Source: Candidatus Cloacimonadota bacterium
GTDB taxonomy: Bacteria > Cloacimonadota > Cloacimonadia > JGIOTU-2
DNA length: 37,911 bases
Direction of reading: 5' to 3'
Assembly (NCBI GenBank): GCA_030628975.1
Contig: DAOVPZ010000001.1
Span: 1 to 37,911 of the forward strand
Shown: piece after piece, positions 1 to 7,019 of the stretch
Layout: each line of letters starts with the position of its first letter
Position numbering within the stretch: the first letter of the stretch is position 1
Notes under the pieces: model-generated
Seen by the model: the letters and a program-made list of their open reading frames with translations, nothing else
Told to the model about the DNA's origin: nothing
Database searches by the model: none
Program-made: the position numbers and the translations under genes

Positions 1-744
1 GGAATAGTTTATATTGATGAAATTGATAAGATTGCACGAAAATCTGAAGCTCCTTCAATTACAAGAGATGTTTCAGGAGAAGGTGTACAACAGGCATTAC
101 TAAAAATTTTAGAAGGCGCTATAGTAAATGTTCCACCAAAAGGTGGAAGAAAACATCCACATCAAGAGTTTATTGAAATTGATACAAAAAATATACTATT
201 TATTGTTGGTGGTACTTTCAATGGACTTGAGAAGATTATTGAAAGAAGAATTAATAAGAAAAATATTGGATTTGGTTCGGAACTCATTGGTTTATATTCA
301 GACAAAAAAAGTGAGATACTAAGAAAGGTAGAACCACAAGACCTTTTAAAATATGGCATAATTCCAGAATTAGTTGGACGACTACCTGTTGTAACCACAT
401 TATCAGAATTAAATAAAGAGGCTTTGAAAAAGATACTTACAACACCTAAAAATGCTTTGAGCAAACAGTATGAAGCGTTATTTGCTTTGGAAAATGTTAG
501 CCTAAAATTTAATGATGATGCTTTGGAAGCAATCGCAGAAATTGCTATGAAACGGGAATCTGGAGCAAGGGGACTTCGTGCAATTATGGAGTCGATTATG
601 ACTGATATTATGTATCAATTACCAGATATGAATGATGTAAACGAATGTAATATTACAAAAGATGTAATAATAAATAAAAACAAACCAATCTTTAAGATAA
701 AAACAAGCACAATTTCTGAAGAAAAAAAGCAACTGATCGCATAA
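1..744 (+). CDS. clpX: ATP-dependent Clp protease ATP-binding subunit ClpX, C-terminal part (5' end lies outside the window)
   Basis: Frame 1 is open from base 1 to the TAA at 742-744. The translation [14 protein letters not shown] ... [21 protein letters not shown] ... [12 protein letters not shown] ... [11 protein letters not shown] matches ClpX hallmark blocks. The listed ORF 424..744 is only the part after an internal Met. Confidence 0.95.
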   Translation, partial: GIVYIDEIDKIARKSEAPSITRDVSGEGVQQALLKILEGAIVNVPPKGGRKHPHQEFIEIDTKNILFIVGGTFNGLEKIIERRINKKNIGFGSELIGLYSDKKSEILRKVEPQDLLKYGIIPELVGRLPVVTTLSELNKEALKKILTTPKNALSKQYEALFALENVSLKFNDDALEAIAEIAMKRESGARGLRAIMESIMTDIMYQLPDMNDVNECNITKDVIINKNKPIFKIKTSTISEEKKQLIA

Positions 745-846
745 GATTTTTTAATAATTTACTTTTTCTTGACAGGAAATTTTAATACTTAAAGAAGATA
801 TTTAAATTAGGTTCCACAGTAGCTCAGCGGTAGAGCAGGTGGCTGT

Positions 847-1403
847 AGGAAAATGAACTGATTGGTGATAAACGTAGTTACAGAGATAGAAGTGAATATT
901 TAATTGATGCTGTCCAGAAAAGAAGAAAGAAAATCCGACAAATGTCAATTGATTATAAAGGTGGACAATGTCAATTATGTGGATATGAAAAATGCCTGCA
1001 AGCTCTTGAATTCCATCATTTGGAATCATCTTGTAAAGATTTTGGGATATCGGATAAAGGTTATACTAGAAGCTGGAAAAAATAAAAGAAGAGCTTGATA
1101 AATGTATTCTACTTTGTGCAAATTGTCACTGTGAGGTTCACTCCGGACTGCAGCTTCCACGAGAAATCGTGGTTGAAAAATTGGGTGAATTCAGGGAAGC
1201 CTGCCCTTCACTTTAAGTGAAGAATGGTAATCCTGAGCCAAGTCCTGACTATATGTCGGGGAAGGTGCAGAGACTAGAGCTTCGGCTCGTACTCCGAACA
1301 GATTTCGGGGGAAGCGCCCAACACCCTACCTTTCTCCTGATAAATATCGGGATGGAACGGGTGATGAGATAGTCCAAGCCCAGGAGAAATTCTGGGGCAC
1401 TTG
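847..1403 (+). mobile_element. Group I (IC3-like) self-splicing intron inserted between anticodon positions 35 and 36
   Basis: The 5' exon ends in U (846) and the intron ends in G (1403). A candidate internal guide GCAGC (1150-1154) pairs with exon GCUGU (842-846), with a U-G wobble at the splice site. Core blocks TGAGCCAAGTC (1234-1244), GAAGGTGCAGAGACTAGAG (1261-1279) and GAGATAGTCCAAGCC (1366-1380) closely resemble conserved core segments of the Azoarcus tRNA-Ile and Anabaena tRNA-Leu introns as I remember them. Confidence 0.8.
849..1216 (+). pseudogene. Intron-encoded HNH homing endonuclease, frameshifted in an A6 run (1077-1082)
   Basis: Frame 0 (849-1085) reads ...RSEYLIDAVQKRRKKIRQMSIDYKGGQCQLCGYEKCLQALEFHHLESSCKDFGISDKGYTRSWKK*. 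Frame 2 continues (1082-1216) as IKEELDKCILLCANCHCEVHSG... Together these give the CxxC...HH...CxxCH HNH/zinc-finger pattern. No obvious ATG lies at the 5' end. The listed ORF 904..1098 is an out-of-frame artefact. Confidence 0.7.
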
Positions 1404-1424
1404 TAACCACTTTGTCGGGGGTTC

Positions 1425-1490
1425 AAATCCCTCCTGTGGAGCCATTTTACTCCTCATCCTTGCGAAGGTTTTAAACCTTCGCAAGGTTTA
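1425..1490 (+). repeat. Direct repeat copy 1 (tRNA-Asn T-arm/3' end plus terminator)
   Basis: aaatccctcc-[tgt]-ggagccattttactcctcatccttgcgaaggttttaaaccttcgcaaggttta recurs at 1883-1955. The only differences are tgt replaced by gccagttggc and one loop base. Confidence 0.9.
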
Positions 1491-1495
1491 TTTAT
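1458..1495 (+). terminator. Rho-independent terminator after tRNA-Asn
   Basis: A perfect 13-bp stem, CCTTGCGAAGGTT (1458-1470) / AACCTTCGCAAGG (1474-1486), has a 3-nt loop and is followed by TTTATTTAT. Confidence 0.65.
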
Positions 1496-1758
1496 GGTTA
1501 ATTTATTCATATTTTACTTATGTTTTATATTCAAAGAAATATGATAAAATTTATATTGGATTTACCTTAAATTTAGATAAAAGGATATATTATCACAATA
1601 AAGGAATTAAGGGTTGGACTGCAAAATATATCCCTTGGAACTTAGTTTATTCAGAAGAATTTTCAACAAAGAAAGAAGCTTTTAAAAGGGAAAAAGAATT
1701 AAAATCATATCAAGGTAGAAAGTTCATAAAAGAAAAGATTTTGTGCGAAATATCATAA
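1494..1758 (+). CDS. Small GIY-YIG nuclease family protein (start uncertain, possible frameshift near 1512-1520)
   Basis: Frame 1 reads ...YVLYSKKYDKIYIGFTLNLDKRIYYHNKGIKGWTAKYIPWNLVYSEEFSTKKEAFKREKELKSYQGRKFIKEKIL* (stop 1756-1758). This contains the GIY / YIG / R..H / E blocks. The only nearby ATG (1494) is in another frame, so the ORF track lists nothing here. Confidence 0.6.
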
Positions 1759-1785
1759 GAACTTAATCATTTGCAGGTGCTTGTA

Positions 1786-1909
1786 TCCGCCAGCACCGAC
1801 TTGTCGGCATCCCGTAAACGGGGCTGGCGGACGGGGGTTCACCTGTTCTCCGAAGTCCCGATTAAGTCGGGACGAAGGATGAAAATCCCTCCGCCAGTTG
1901 GCGGAGCCA
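1786..1909 (+). ncRNA. GC-rich tRNA-like structured element ending in GCCA (function unknown)
   Basis: TCCGCCA (1786-1792) pairs with TGGCGGA (1899-1905), followed by G-CCA. Inside are hairpins CCGAC-TT-GTCGG and CCCG-TAAA-CGGG. A long arm GCTGGCGGA(C)GGG / CCCTCCGCCAGT encloses GGGGGTTCA...AAATCCCTCC, which is the tRNA-Asn T arm split by a ~41-nt hairpin insert. It is a strong GC island in AT-rich DNA. No 7-nt anticodon loop is present. Confidence 0.35.
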
Positions 1910-1955
1910 TTTTACTCCTCATCCTTGCGAAGGTTTTGAACCTTCGCAAGGTTTA
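1883..1955 (+). repeat. Direct repeat copy 2 (see 1425-1490)
   Basis: Near-identical to 1425-1490; includes the second terminator hairpin. Confidence 0.9.
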
Positions 1956-1957
1956 AA
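1923..1957 (+). terminator. Second copy of the terminator hairpin
   Basis: CCTTGCGAAGGTT (1923-1935) / AACCTTCGCAAGG (1939-1951), followed by TTTAAA. Confidence 0.55.
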
Positions 1958-1987
1958 CATTCAAAAAGTAAGCTTCATATAATTTAT

Positions 1988-2008
1988 CAAAATAACTTGA
2001 CTATCAAT
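1988..2008 (+). promoter_or_regulatory. Conserved motif AAAATAACTTGACTATCAA containing the palindrome CTTGA-N3-TCAA(G/T)
   Basis: A 19-nt stretch is identical to 30909-30927. Related copies lie at 21645-21657 and 21703-21715. The motif contains a TTGAC -35-like hexamer. Confidence 0.35.
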
Positions 2009-2160
2009 GATTACACTTTCTTTTGCTTTATATCTATGCATCTTTTTATAAATATAATAACAACATTTATATCCGTAATTTTTTCGGATAAATCCGAAAT
2101 AAATACTTATTTCTTGACAGCAATATTTATTAAACCATTTACTATAAACAAATTACAACT

Positions 2161-2176
2161 TGGCATAATTTTTGTT
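2161..2176 (+). promoter_or_regulatory. Possible sigma54 (-24/-12) promoter upstream of the receiver/liv operon
   Basis: TGGCAT-AATTT-TTGT has the exact -24/-12 spacing of the TGGCAC-N5-TTGC consensus, but reads GT instead of GC at -12. It lies ~40 nt upstream of the ATG at 2214. Confidence 0.3.
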
Positions 2177-2213
2177 ATATAAAAATTAATTAAGTGATTT
2201 AGGGTTCAAAATT

Positions 2214-2582
2214 ATGGAAAAGAAAAAAATCCTTATAGTTGATGATCAAAAAATGTACCTAAAATCTCTTGAGATTGTTTTAAAGAAGAAGTATGATGTA
2301 TTTCTATCTAATTCTTATGATAGCGCAATTGAACAATTAAAAAAGGAAATTAACATTGCACTAATAGATATACGTCTTGATGAAAATGACGATTCTAATA
2401 TTGATGGATTAAAAATTCTTGAATGGATTAAAATGAATAAACCTGAAATCTCTACTTTTGTTATGAGTGCATATCGAGAGTTTAGTTATGCAGAACAGGC
2501 CTTAAACTTGGGTGCAAGGCATTTTTTCAAAAAGCCAATTGATGTGATTAGTTTGATTGCTATTTTAGAAGATAAAAGTTAA
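2214..2582 (+). CDS. Stand-alone response-regulator receiver (CheY-like) protein
   Basis: The REC pattern is present: ILIVDDQ (beta1), ALIDIRLDENDDSNIDGL (phospho-acceptor Asp region), FVMSAY (beta4), FFKKP (beta5 Lys). The stop lies 1 nt before livH. Confidence 0.9.
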   Translation: MEKKKILIVDDQKMYLKSLEIVLKKKYDVFLSNSYDSAIEQLKKEINIALIDIRLDENDDSNIDGLKILEWIKMNKPEISTFVMSAYREFSYAEQALNLGARHFFKKPIDVISLIAILEDKS

Positions 2583-2583
2583 T

Positions 2584-3453
2584 ATGTTACTCCAGTTGCT
2601 CGTAAATGGATTAATTATTGGCTCTATTTATTCTATTGTTGCATTGGGTTATGCACTAATATATAATACTACACATATCTTTCATATTGCTTATGCGTCA
2701 ATCTACATGTTTTCTTCTTATATGTTACTATCTTTTTATATAAATTTAAATATTCCGTTCATTATATCTTTTATTATTGCTATTGGGTTAACAATCCTTT
2801 TGAGCGTTTTGATTGAGATTTTAGTATATCGTCCACTAAATAAAAAAAGAAGTTCTCTTAATGTAGTTTTGATTAGTTCTATTGGCATAATGATTGTTGT
2901 GATTAATATAATAGCTATGTTTTATGGAAATGAAACTCAAATTTTGAATCCAAACATTTCAAAGTCAATATCAATTGGAAATATTATTATTACCTATAGC
3001 CAACTTGCTCAATTTATTGTTAGCTTAGTCTTAATCTTTATATTTCTAATCTTTTTAAAGTTTACTAAGTTTGGAATCAAAACCCGTGCAATGCGAGATG
3101 ATAGTATTTTATGCAAAGTATTTGGTATGGATATTAATAGAATGAGATTGATGTTATTTATGCTAAGTGCATTATTTGCAGCGGTAGGAAGTGGATTAGT
3201 TGCTTTTGATGTGGGAATGGACCCTTATGTTGGAATGCCTATGCTTTTAAATGCTATTGTAGCCCTGATTATAGGTGGAGTTGGACGTTTTGAAGCACCA
3301 ATTCTTGGAGGGTTTATTATTGGAATTCTGCAGTCTTTAACAGTCTGGGTGTTTTCTTCTCGTTGGCAAGATGCAGTTACATTTATTTTATTGATCTTAT
3401 TCTTGCTTTTAAGACCTCAGGGATTATTAGGCGAAAAGAAAAGAGCGGTTTGA
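2584..3453 (+). CDS. livH: Branched-chain amino acid ABC transporter permease (LivH type)
   Basis: A polytopic membrane protein. The N-terminus LLVNGLIIGSIYSIVALGYALIYN and the C-terminal GGVGRFEAPILGGFIIG block are typical of LivH. Confidence 0.9.
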   Translation: MLLQLLVNGLIIGSIYSIVALGYALIYNTTHIFHIAYASIYMFSSYMLLSFYINLNIPFIISFIIAIGLTILLSVLIEILVYRPLNKKRSSLNVVLISSIGIMIVVINIIAMFYGNETQILNPNISKSISIGNIIITYSQLAQFIVSLVLIFIFLIFLKFTKFGIKTRAMRDDSILCKVFGMDINRMRLMLFMLSALFAAVGSGLVAFDVGMDPYVGMPMLLNAIVALIIGGVGRFEAPILGGFIIGILQSLTVWVFSSRWQDAVTFILLILFLLLRPQGLLGEKKRAV

Positions 3454-3540
3454 TAGCCAATAGCCAGTAGCCATTTGCCATTAGCAGGACAGAGACATCC
3501 ACTTTTGGCTAATTGCTATAGGTTGAAGGCAAAAGGCTAT
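3454..3540. repeat. Inverted arrays of degenerate TAGCC/GGCTA-type short tandem repeats (left flank of cassette 1)
   Basis: tagccaatagccagtagccatttgccattagc (3454-3485) faces ggctaattgctataggttgaaggcaaaaggctat (3507-3540). Confidence 0.85.
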
Positions 3541-3545
3541 ATATT

Positions 3546-3923
3546 ATGAGAAAAATTAGAAATTATGAATTATTCAAGGTTGCTCATTCATTAGTTTTAG
3601 ATATTTATAAAATTACTACTTATTTCCCCGATAGCGAAAGATTTGGTATTATTTCTCAAATGAGACGAGCTGCTTATTCAATTCCTGCAAATATCATTGA
3701 AGGGAATACAAAAGGAGAAAAGGAATTTATTCATTTTCTTAAAATATCTTTGGGCTCTTGTGAAGAATTAAGATATTTCCTTTTGCTTTCAAAGGATTTA
3801 CAGTATTTAAAGGAAAAGGATTTTGAAAAACTTGAAGAAAGAGCTTTATATGTAATTAAGATGATAAGATCATTAATAAAAAAAATTACAAAAGAAGATC
3901 TAACCAATGCTAAAAAACGCTAA
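3546..3923 (+). CDS. Four helix bundle protein (23S rRNA intervening-sequence protein family)
   Basis: Family-typical blocks are present: LVLDIYKITTYFP, RFGIISQMRRAAYSIPANIIEG, FIHFLKISLGSCEELRYFLLLSKDL. The size is ~125 aa. Confidence 0.85.
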   Translation: MRKIRNYELFKVAHSLVLDIYKITTYFPDSERFGIISQMRRAAYSIPANIIEGNTKGEKEFIHFLKISLGSCEELRYFLLLSKDLQYLKEKDFEKLEERALYVIKMIRSLIKKITKEDLTNAKKR

Positions 3924-3924
3924 A

Positions 3925-3971
3925 GGCTATAGGCAAAAGGCTATCAGTTAACGGCTATCGGCTAAAGGCTA
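3925..3971. repeat. GGCTA-type degenerate tandem repeat array (right flank of cassette 1)
   Basis: ggctataggcaaaaggctatcagttaacggctatcggctaaaggcta. It is complementary in type to 3454-3485 and direct to 3507-3540. Confidence 0.85.
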
Positions 3972-3973
3972 AA

Positions 3974-4846
3974 ATGAACTACATTTTCCATATAATCATA
4001 ATCATTAATATTTATATTATATTGACTGTTAGTACTAATCTTTTAGTGGGAATGGCTAATTTGATTTCATTAGCCCAAGCAGCATTTTATGGGTTTGGTG
4101 CATATCTTGGAGTATTAGCTTTGATGATATTAAAACTCCCTATGATCCCAACAATCTTTTTTGTAATGTTTTTCACCGCTCTTTTAAGCTTGATTATAGC
4201 TTTTCCATCTCTTAGATTAAAAGGTGACTATTTTATATTAGCTACTTTAGGATTTCAATTAATTGTATTTACAGTTTTATATAATTGGATTTCTGTAACA
4301 AGAGGTCCTTATGGAATTCCTGGAATTCCTGCACCAAAACTTATTGGGATAATACCAGTTTCAGGCATAATTCCATTCTTAGTATTGAGTTCTATTTTAG
4401 CTGGTTTTGTTATATTTATTTTTTATAAATTAGTACATTCTCCTTTCGGTAGAGTATTGAAGGGGTTACGAGATGATGAGATTGCAGTAAAATCTCTGGG
4501 ACGAAATGTAACAAATTACAAAATATTAACATTTGCAATATCAAGTGCTTTTATTGGTATTGCTGGGTTTATTTATGCAAGTTATGTTACTTATATTGAT
4601 CCCACCAGTTTCAATTTAGATGAAGCAATATTTATACTCGCTGCAGTATTAATTGGAGGAACTGGAAATATAAAAGGACCTGTTGTAGGTGCAATTTTTG
4701 TGGTTATTTTACCTGAGCTTCTTCGTTTTGTTGGATTTCCAAGTAGTATCGCAGCTAATTTAAGACAAATTGTGTATGGTTTAGCATTAATAATTCTAAT
4801 GCGTTATAGACCCCAGGGTATAGCTGGAGAATATAAATTACAATGA
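3974..4846 (+). CDS. livM: Branched-chain amino acid ABC transporter permease (LivM type)
   Basis: A polytopic membrane protein. LISLAQAAFYGFGAYLG and GGTGNIKGPVVGAIF blocks are present. There is a 4-nt ATGA overlap with livG. Confidence 0.9.
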   Translation: MNYIFHIIIIINIYIILTVSTNLLVGMANLISLAQAAFYGFGAYLGVLALMILKLPMIPTIFFVMFFTALLSLIIAFPSLRLKGDYFILATLGFQLIVFTVLYNWISVTRGPYGIPGIPAPKLIGIIPVSGIIPFLVLSSILAGFVIFIFYKLVHSPFGRVLKGLRDDEIAVKSLGRNVTNYKILTFAISSAFIGIAGFIYASYVTYIDPTSFNLDEAIFILAAVLIGGTGNIKGPVVGAIFVVILPELLRFVGFPSSIAANLRQIVYGLALIILMRYRPQGIAGEYKLQ

Positions 4847-5673
4847 ATGAAGATATTCTACAAATTAACTCTGTAAAAAAAAGCTTTGTTCGGAATATAA
4901 TTGATGTTCGCGGTAAGGAAGAAAATGAACGATTCTTTATCATTGATGATCTGGATTTACAGATTCCTCGAGAGAAAATTACAGCCTTGATAGGTGGAAA
5001 TGGTGCAGGAAAAACCACACTTTTTAATATTATTTCCGGATTTATGAGTCCTGATTCAGGTGATATTATATATCAAGCAGAAAATAAACAAATGTCTATT
5101 ATCGGTCTATTACCATATAAAATCACTCGTCTTGGAATTGGAAGGATGTTTCAGGATGACCATATTTTTCATGATATGAGTGTATTGGATAATATGCTAT
5201 TGGCAGATGCGGATGATTTTGGAGAATTTCCTTTTATTTCTATAATTTATAATAGGAAGAATAAAATTATTGAACAGGAACGAATTGAAAAGGCAAATAG
5301 TATATTTAAGGAATTATTTGGTGAAGATAATCCTTTCTGGGAAAAAAGGGATGAGCCTGCCAAATCCCTTTCTTATGGACAGCAGCGTTTATTAGGTTTA
5401 GCGCGTCTATTTATGGGTAATTATGATTTGGTTCTGTTAGATGAACCAACCGCGGGTGTGAATCCACAGATAATTAATCAAATATTGATAATTATTCGCA
5501 GTATGGTGGAAGAAAAAGATGTGACAGTTTTTCTTATTGAACATAATATGAAAGTTGTGCTTGATTTAGCTGATTTCTGCAGTTTTATGAGTCATGGAAA
5601 AATTACTGCATTTGGAACACCAGATGATGTTATAGGTAATGATGAGGTTCGGAGAACATATTTGGGGGTATAG
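4843..5673 (+). CDS. livG: Branched-chain amino acid ABC transporter ATP-binding protein (LivG type)
   Basis: Walker A GGNGAGKTTLFN, signature LSYGQQRLLGLAR, Walker B LVLLDEPTAG, H-loop IEHNM. Confidence 0.9.
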   Translation: MNEDILQINSVKKSFVRNIIDVRGKEENERFFIIDDLDLQIPREKITALIGGNGAGKTTLFNIISGFMSPDSGDIIYQAENKQMSIIGLLPYKITRLGIGRMFQDDHIFHDMSVLDNMLLADADDFGEFPFISIIYNRKNKIIEQERIEKANSIFKELFGEDNPFWEKRDEPAKSLSYGQQRLLGLARLFMGNYDLVLLDEPTAGVNPQIINQILIIIRSMVEEKDVTVFLIEHNMKVVLDLADFCSFMSHGKITAFGTPDDVIGNDEVRRTYLGV

Positions 5674-5680
5674 GGTGTAT

Positions 5681-5747
5681 AAGTTACAAGTTGCAGGTTG
5701 CAGGTTGCAGATTAAAGGTTGCAAGTTGCAGGTTACAGGTTGCAAGG
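5681..5747. repeat. Degenerate GTTGCAG-type heptamer tandem array (left flank of cassette 2)
   Basis: aagttacaagttgcaggttgcaggttgcagattaaaggttgcaagttgcaggttacaggttgcaagg. Bases 5722-5736 are the exact reverse complement of 6221-6235. Confidence 0.9.
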
Positions 5748-5817
5748 TTTATGTATGTATGAAAAATTTTATAACCTGAAAACAATTAATTAAGGATTAT
5801 AAGTAAGAGAGACTGAA

Positions 5818-6186
5818 ATGAAATCATACAAAGACTTAGATATTTATAAAGATTCATATTCCTTTGCTATTCAAGTTCACAAATTAAGCTTGGAATTACC
5901 AAAATATGAATTGTATGAAACTGGAAGCCAGGTTAGAAGATCGTCAAAAAGTATTACTGCTAATATTGTTGAGGGATATGGAAGAAAAAGATATAAATTA
6001 GAATTTATCAGATTTTTAGTCTTTTCACATGCCAGTTGTGATGAAACGATTGTTCATTTAAAATTTATCAATGATCTATATGAAAATTTGTGTGAAAAAA
6101 CACAAGAAATGATTAGTAAGTATACTGAACTAAGTAAAAAAATATATAAGTTTATTGAATATGTTGAAAATAATTGGAAAAAATAA
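5818..6186 (+). CDS. Four helix bundle protein (23S rRNA intervening-sequence protein family), second copy
   Basis: FAIQVHKLSLELPKYE, GSQVRRSSKSITANIVEGYGR and FIRFLVFSHASCDETIVHL match the same family blocks as 3546-3923. Confidence 0.85.
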   Translation: MKSYKDLDIYKDSYSFAIQVHKLSLELPKYELYETGSQVRRSSKSITANIVEGYGRKRYKLEFIRFLVFSHASCDETIVHLKFINDLYENLCEKTQEMISKYTELSKKIYKFIEYVENNWKK

Positions 6187-6190
6187 TATT

Positions 6191-6248
6191 CAAGTTGCAT
6201 ATTCGGTTTTACAAATTATTGTAACCTGCAACTTGAAACCTGCAACCT
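6191..6248. repeat. CTGCAAC-type array (right flank of cassette 2), inverted relative to 5681-5747
   Basis: gtaacctgcaacttgaaacctgcaacct (6221-6248), plus one same-sense unit caagttgca (6191-6199). Confidence 0.9.
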
Positions 6249-6259
6249 AATTATAAATT

Positions 6260-6982
6260 ATGCTAAAAATAAAAAATTTAACAGGTGGATATAAAAAAGA
6301 AAATCCCATTCTTAAGGGAATTGATCTCACTGTAGAAGAAAACGAGGTAGTTGCTATTGTTGGCCAGAATGGTGCCGGCAAATCAACTCTTGCAAAAGCA
6401 ATAATGAATATGATTCCTTATACTTCCGGAGAAATATATTTTAATGGAGAATTGATAAATAGTTTACCAACAAACCAAATTGTTAACAAAGGATTGAATT
6501 TCTTTATGCAAGGCGGAAGGATTTTCCCTCATTTAACTATAGAAGAAAACTTGAACTATGCTGGAATGGGATTATCAAAAAAAGAACTAAAAAAAAGAAA
6601 GGAGGAATTAAAAAATGATTTTGATTTATTTAAAACTACCAATAATAAAAGATTTAACCTGAAAGCATCTTACTTAAGTGGTGGTGAACAGCACCAATTG
6701 GCACTCGCAATGGTAATGATGCAAAAACCTGAATTTTTGATTCTGGATGAACCTTCTGCTGGATTATCTCCACAGAATTTAAAAAAACTCTATAAGATTA
6801 TTGACTTCATTAGAAAAGAAAAAAAAATTAGTATTATGTTAATTGAACAAAATGTAGATATTGCAGTTAAATATTCTGATAGAATATGTCTTTTGAAAAA
6901 TGGTGTAATTGAGCGAGAAGAAAACTCAGAAAATATAAAAAATTTAGAAGAACTTAATCAGTTCTTTTTTGGAGATGTTTAA
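6260..6982 (+). CDS. livF: Branched-chain amino acid ABC transporter ATP-binding protein (LivF type)
   Basis: Walker A GQNGAGKSTLAK, signature LSGGEQHQLALA, Walker B LILDEPSAGL. Confidence 0.9.
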   Translation: MLKIKNLTGGYKKENPILKGIDLTVEENEVVAIVGQNGAGKSTLAKAIMNMIPYTSGEIYFNGELINSLPTNQIVNKGLNFFMQGGRIFPHLTIEENLNYAGMGLSKKELKKRKEELKNDFDLFKTTNNKRFNLKASYLSGGEQHQLALAMVMMQKPEFLILDEPSAGLSPQNLKKLYKIIDFIRKEKKISIMLIEQNVDIAVKYSDRICLLKNGVIEREENSENIKNLEELNQFFFGDV

Positions 6983-7019
6983 AAAATAATAAAAAAACAA
7001 AATTAAAAGGAGAATTAAG

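Larger units (their letters stand above)
813..1444 (+). tRNA. tRNA-Asn(GUU), interrupted in the anticodon loop by a 557-nt group I intron (exons 813-846 and 1404-1444)
   Basis: The joined exons read TCCACAG-TA-GCTC-AGCGGTA-GAGC-A-GGTGG-CTGTTAA-CCACT-TTGTC-GGGGG-TTCAAAT-CCCTC-CTGTGGA-G-CCA. They fold as a canonical cloverleaf: 7-bp acceptor, 4-bp D stem, 5-bp anticodon stem with one G-U, anticodon GTT, and an encoded CCA. The 5' UCC start, CUGUUAA loop and discriminator G resemble E. coli tRNA-Asn as I remember it. Confidence 0.8.

Noticed and set aside
904-1098. Listed 64-aa ORF inside the intron
   Set aside because: It is out of frame with the HNH endonuclease reading frames that give recognisable CxxC/HH/CxxCH motifs, so it is an artefact of the AT-rich sequence.
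1786-1909. Possible tRNA-Sec, tmRNA or SRP RNA
   Set aside because: - There is no 7-nt anticodon loop with UCA and no 8/5 or 9/4 acceptor/T geometry.
- It is far too short and lacks a tag reading frame and pseudoknots, so it is not a tmRNA.
- It has no SRP domain IV GGAA/AGCA motifs.
I kept it only as an unclassified tRNA-like element.
1771-1956. Listed 61-aa ORF (MQVLVSASTDLS...)
   Set aside because: It runs through the GC-rich hairpin-dense tRNA-like element and the duplicated terminator. Its composition reflects RNA structure rather than coding, and it has no RBS.
1997-2182. Listed 61-aa hydrophobic ORF upstream of the receiver gene
   Set aside because: It covers promoter-like motifs (TTGAC palindrome, sigma54-like element). 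It has no RBS, and its low-complexity composition is typical of AT-rich intergenic DNA.
5681-5747. Tandem GTTGCAG-type repeats that could be mistaken for a CRISPR array
   Set aside because: The units are only ~7 nt, degenerate, and directly abutting with no spacers. An inverted partner array lies on the other side of the four-helix-bundle ORF. No cas genes are in the window.
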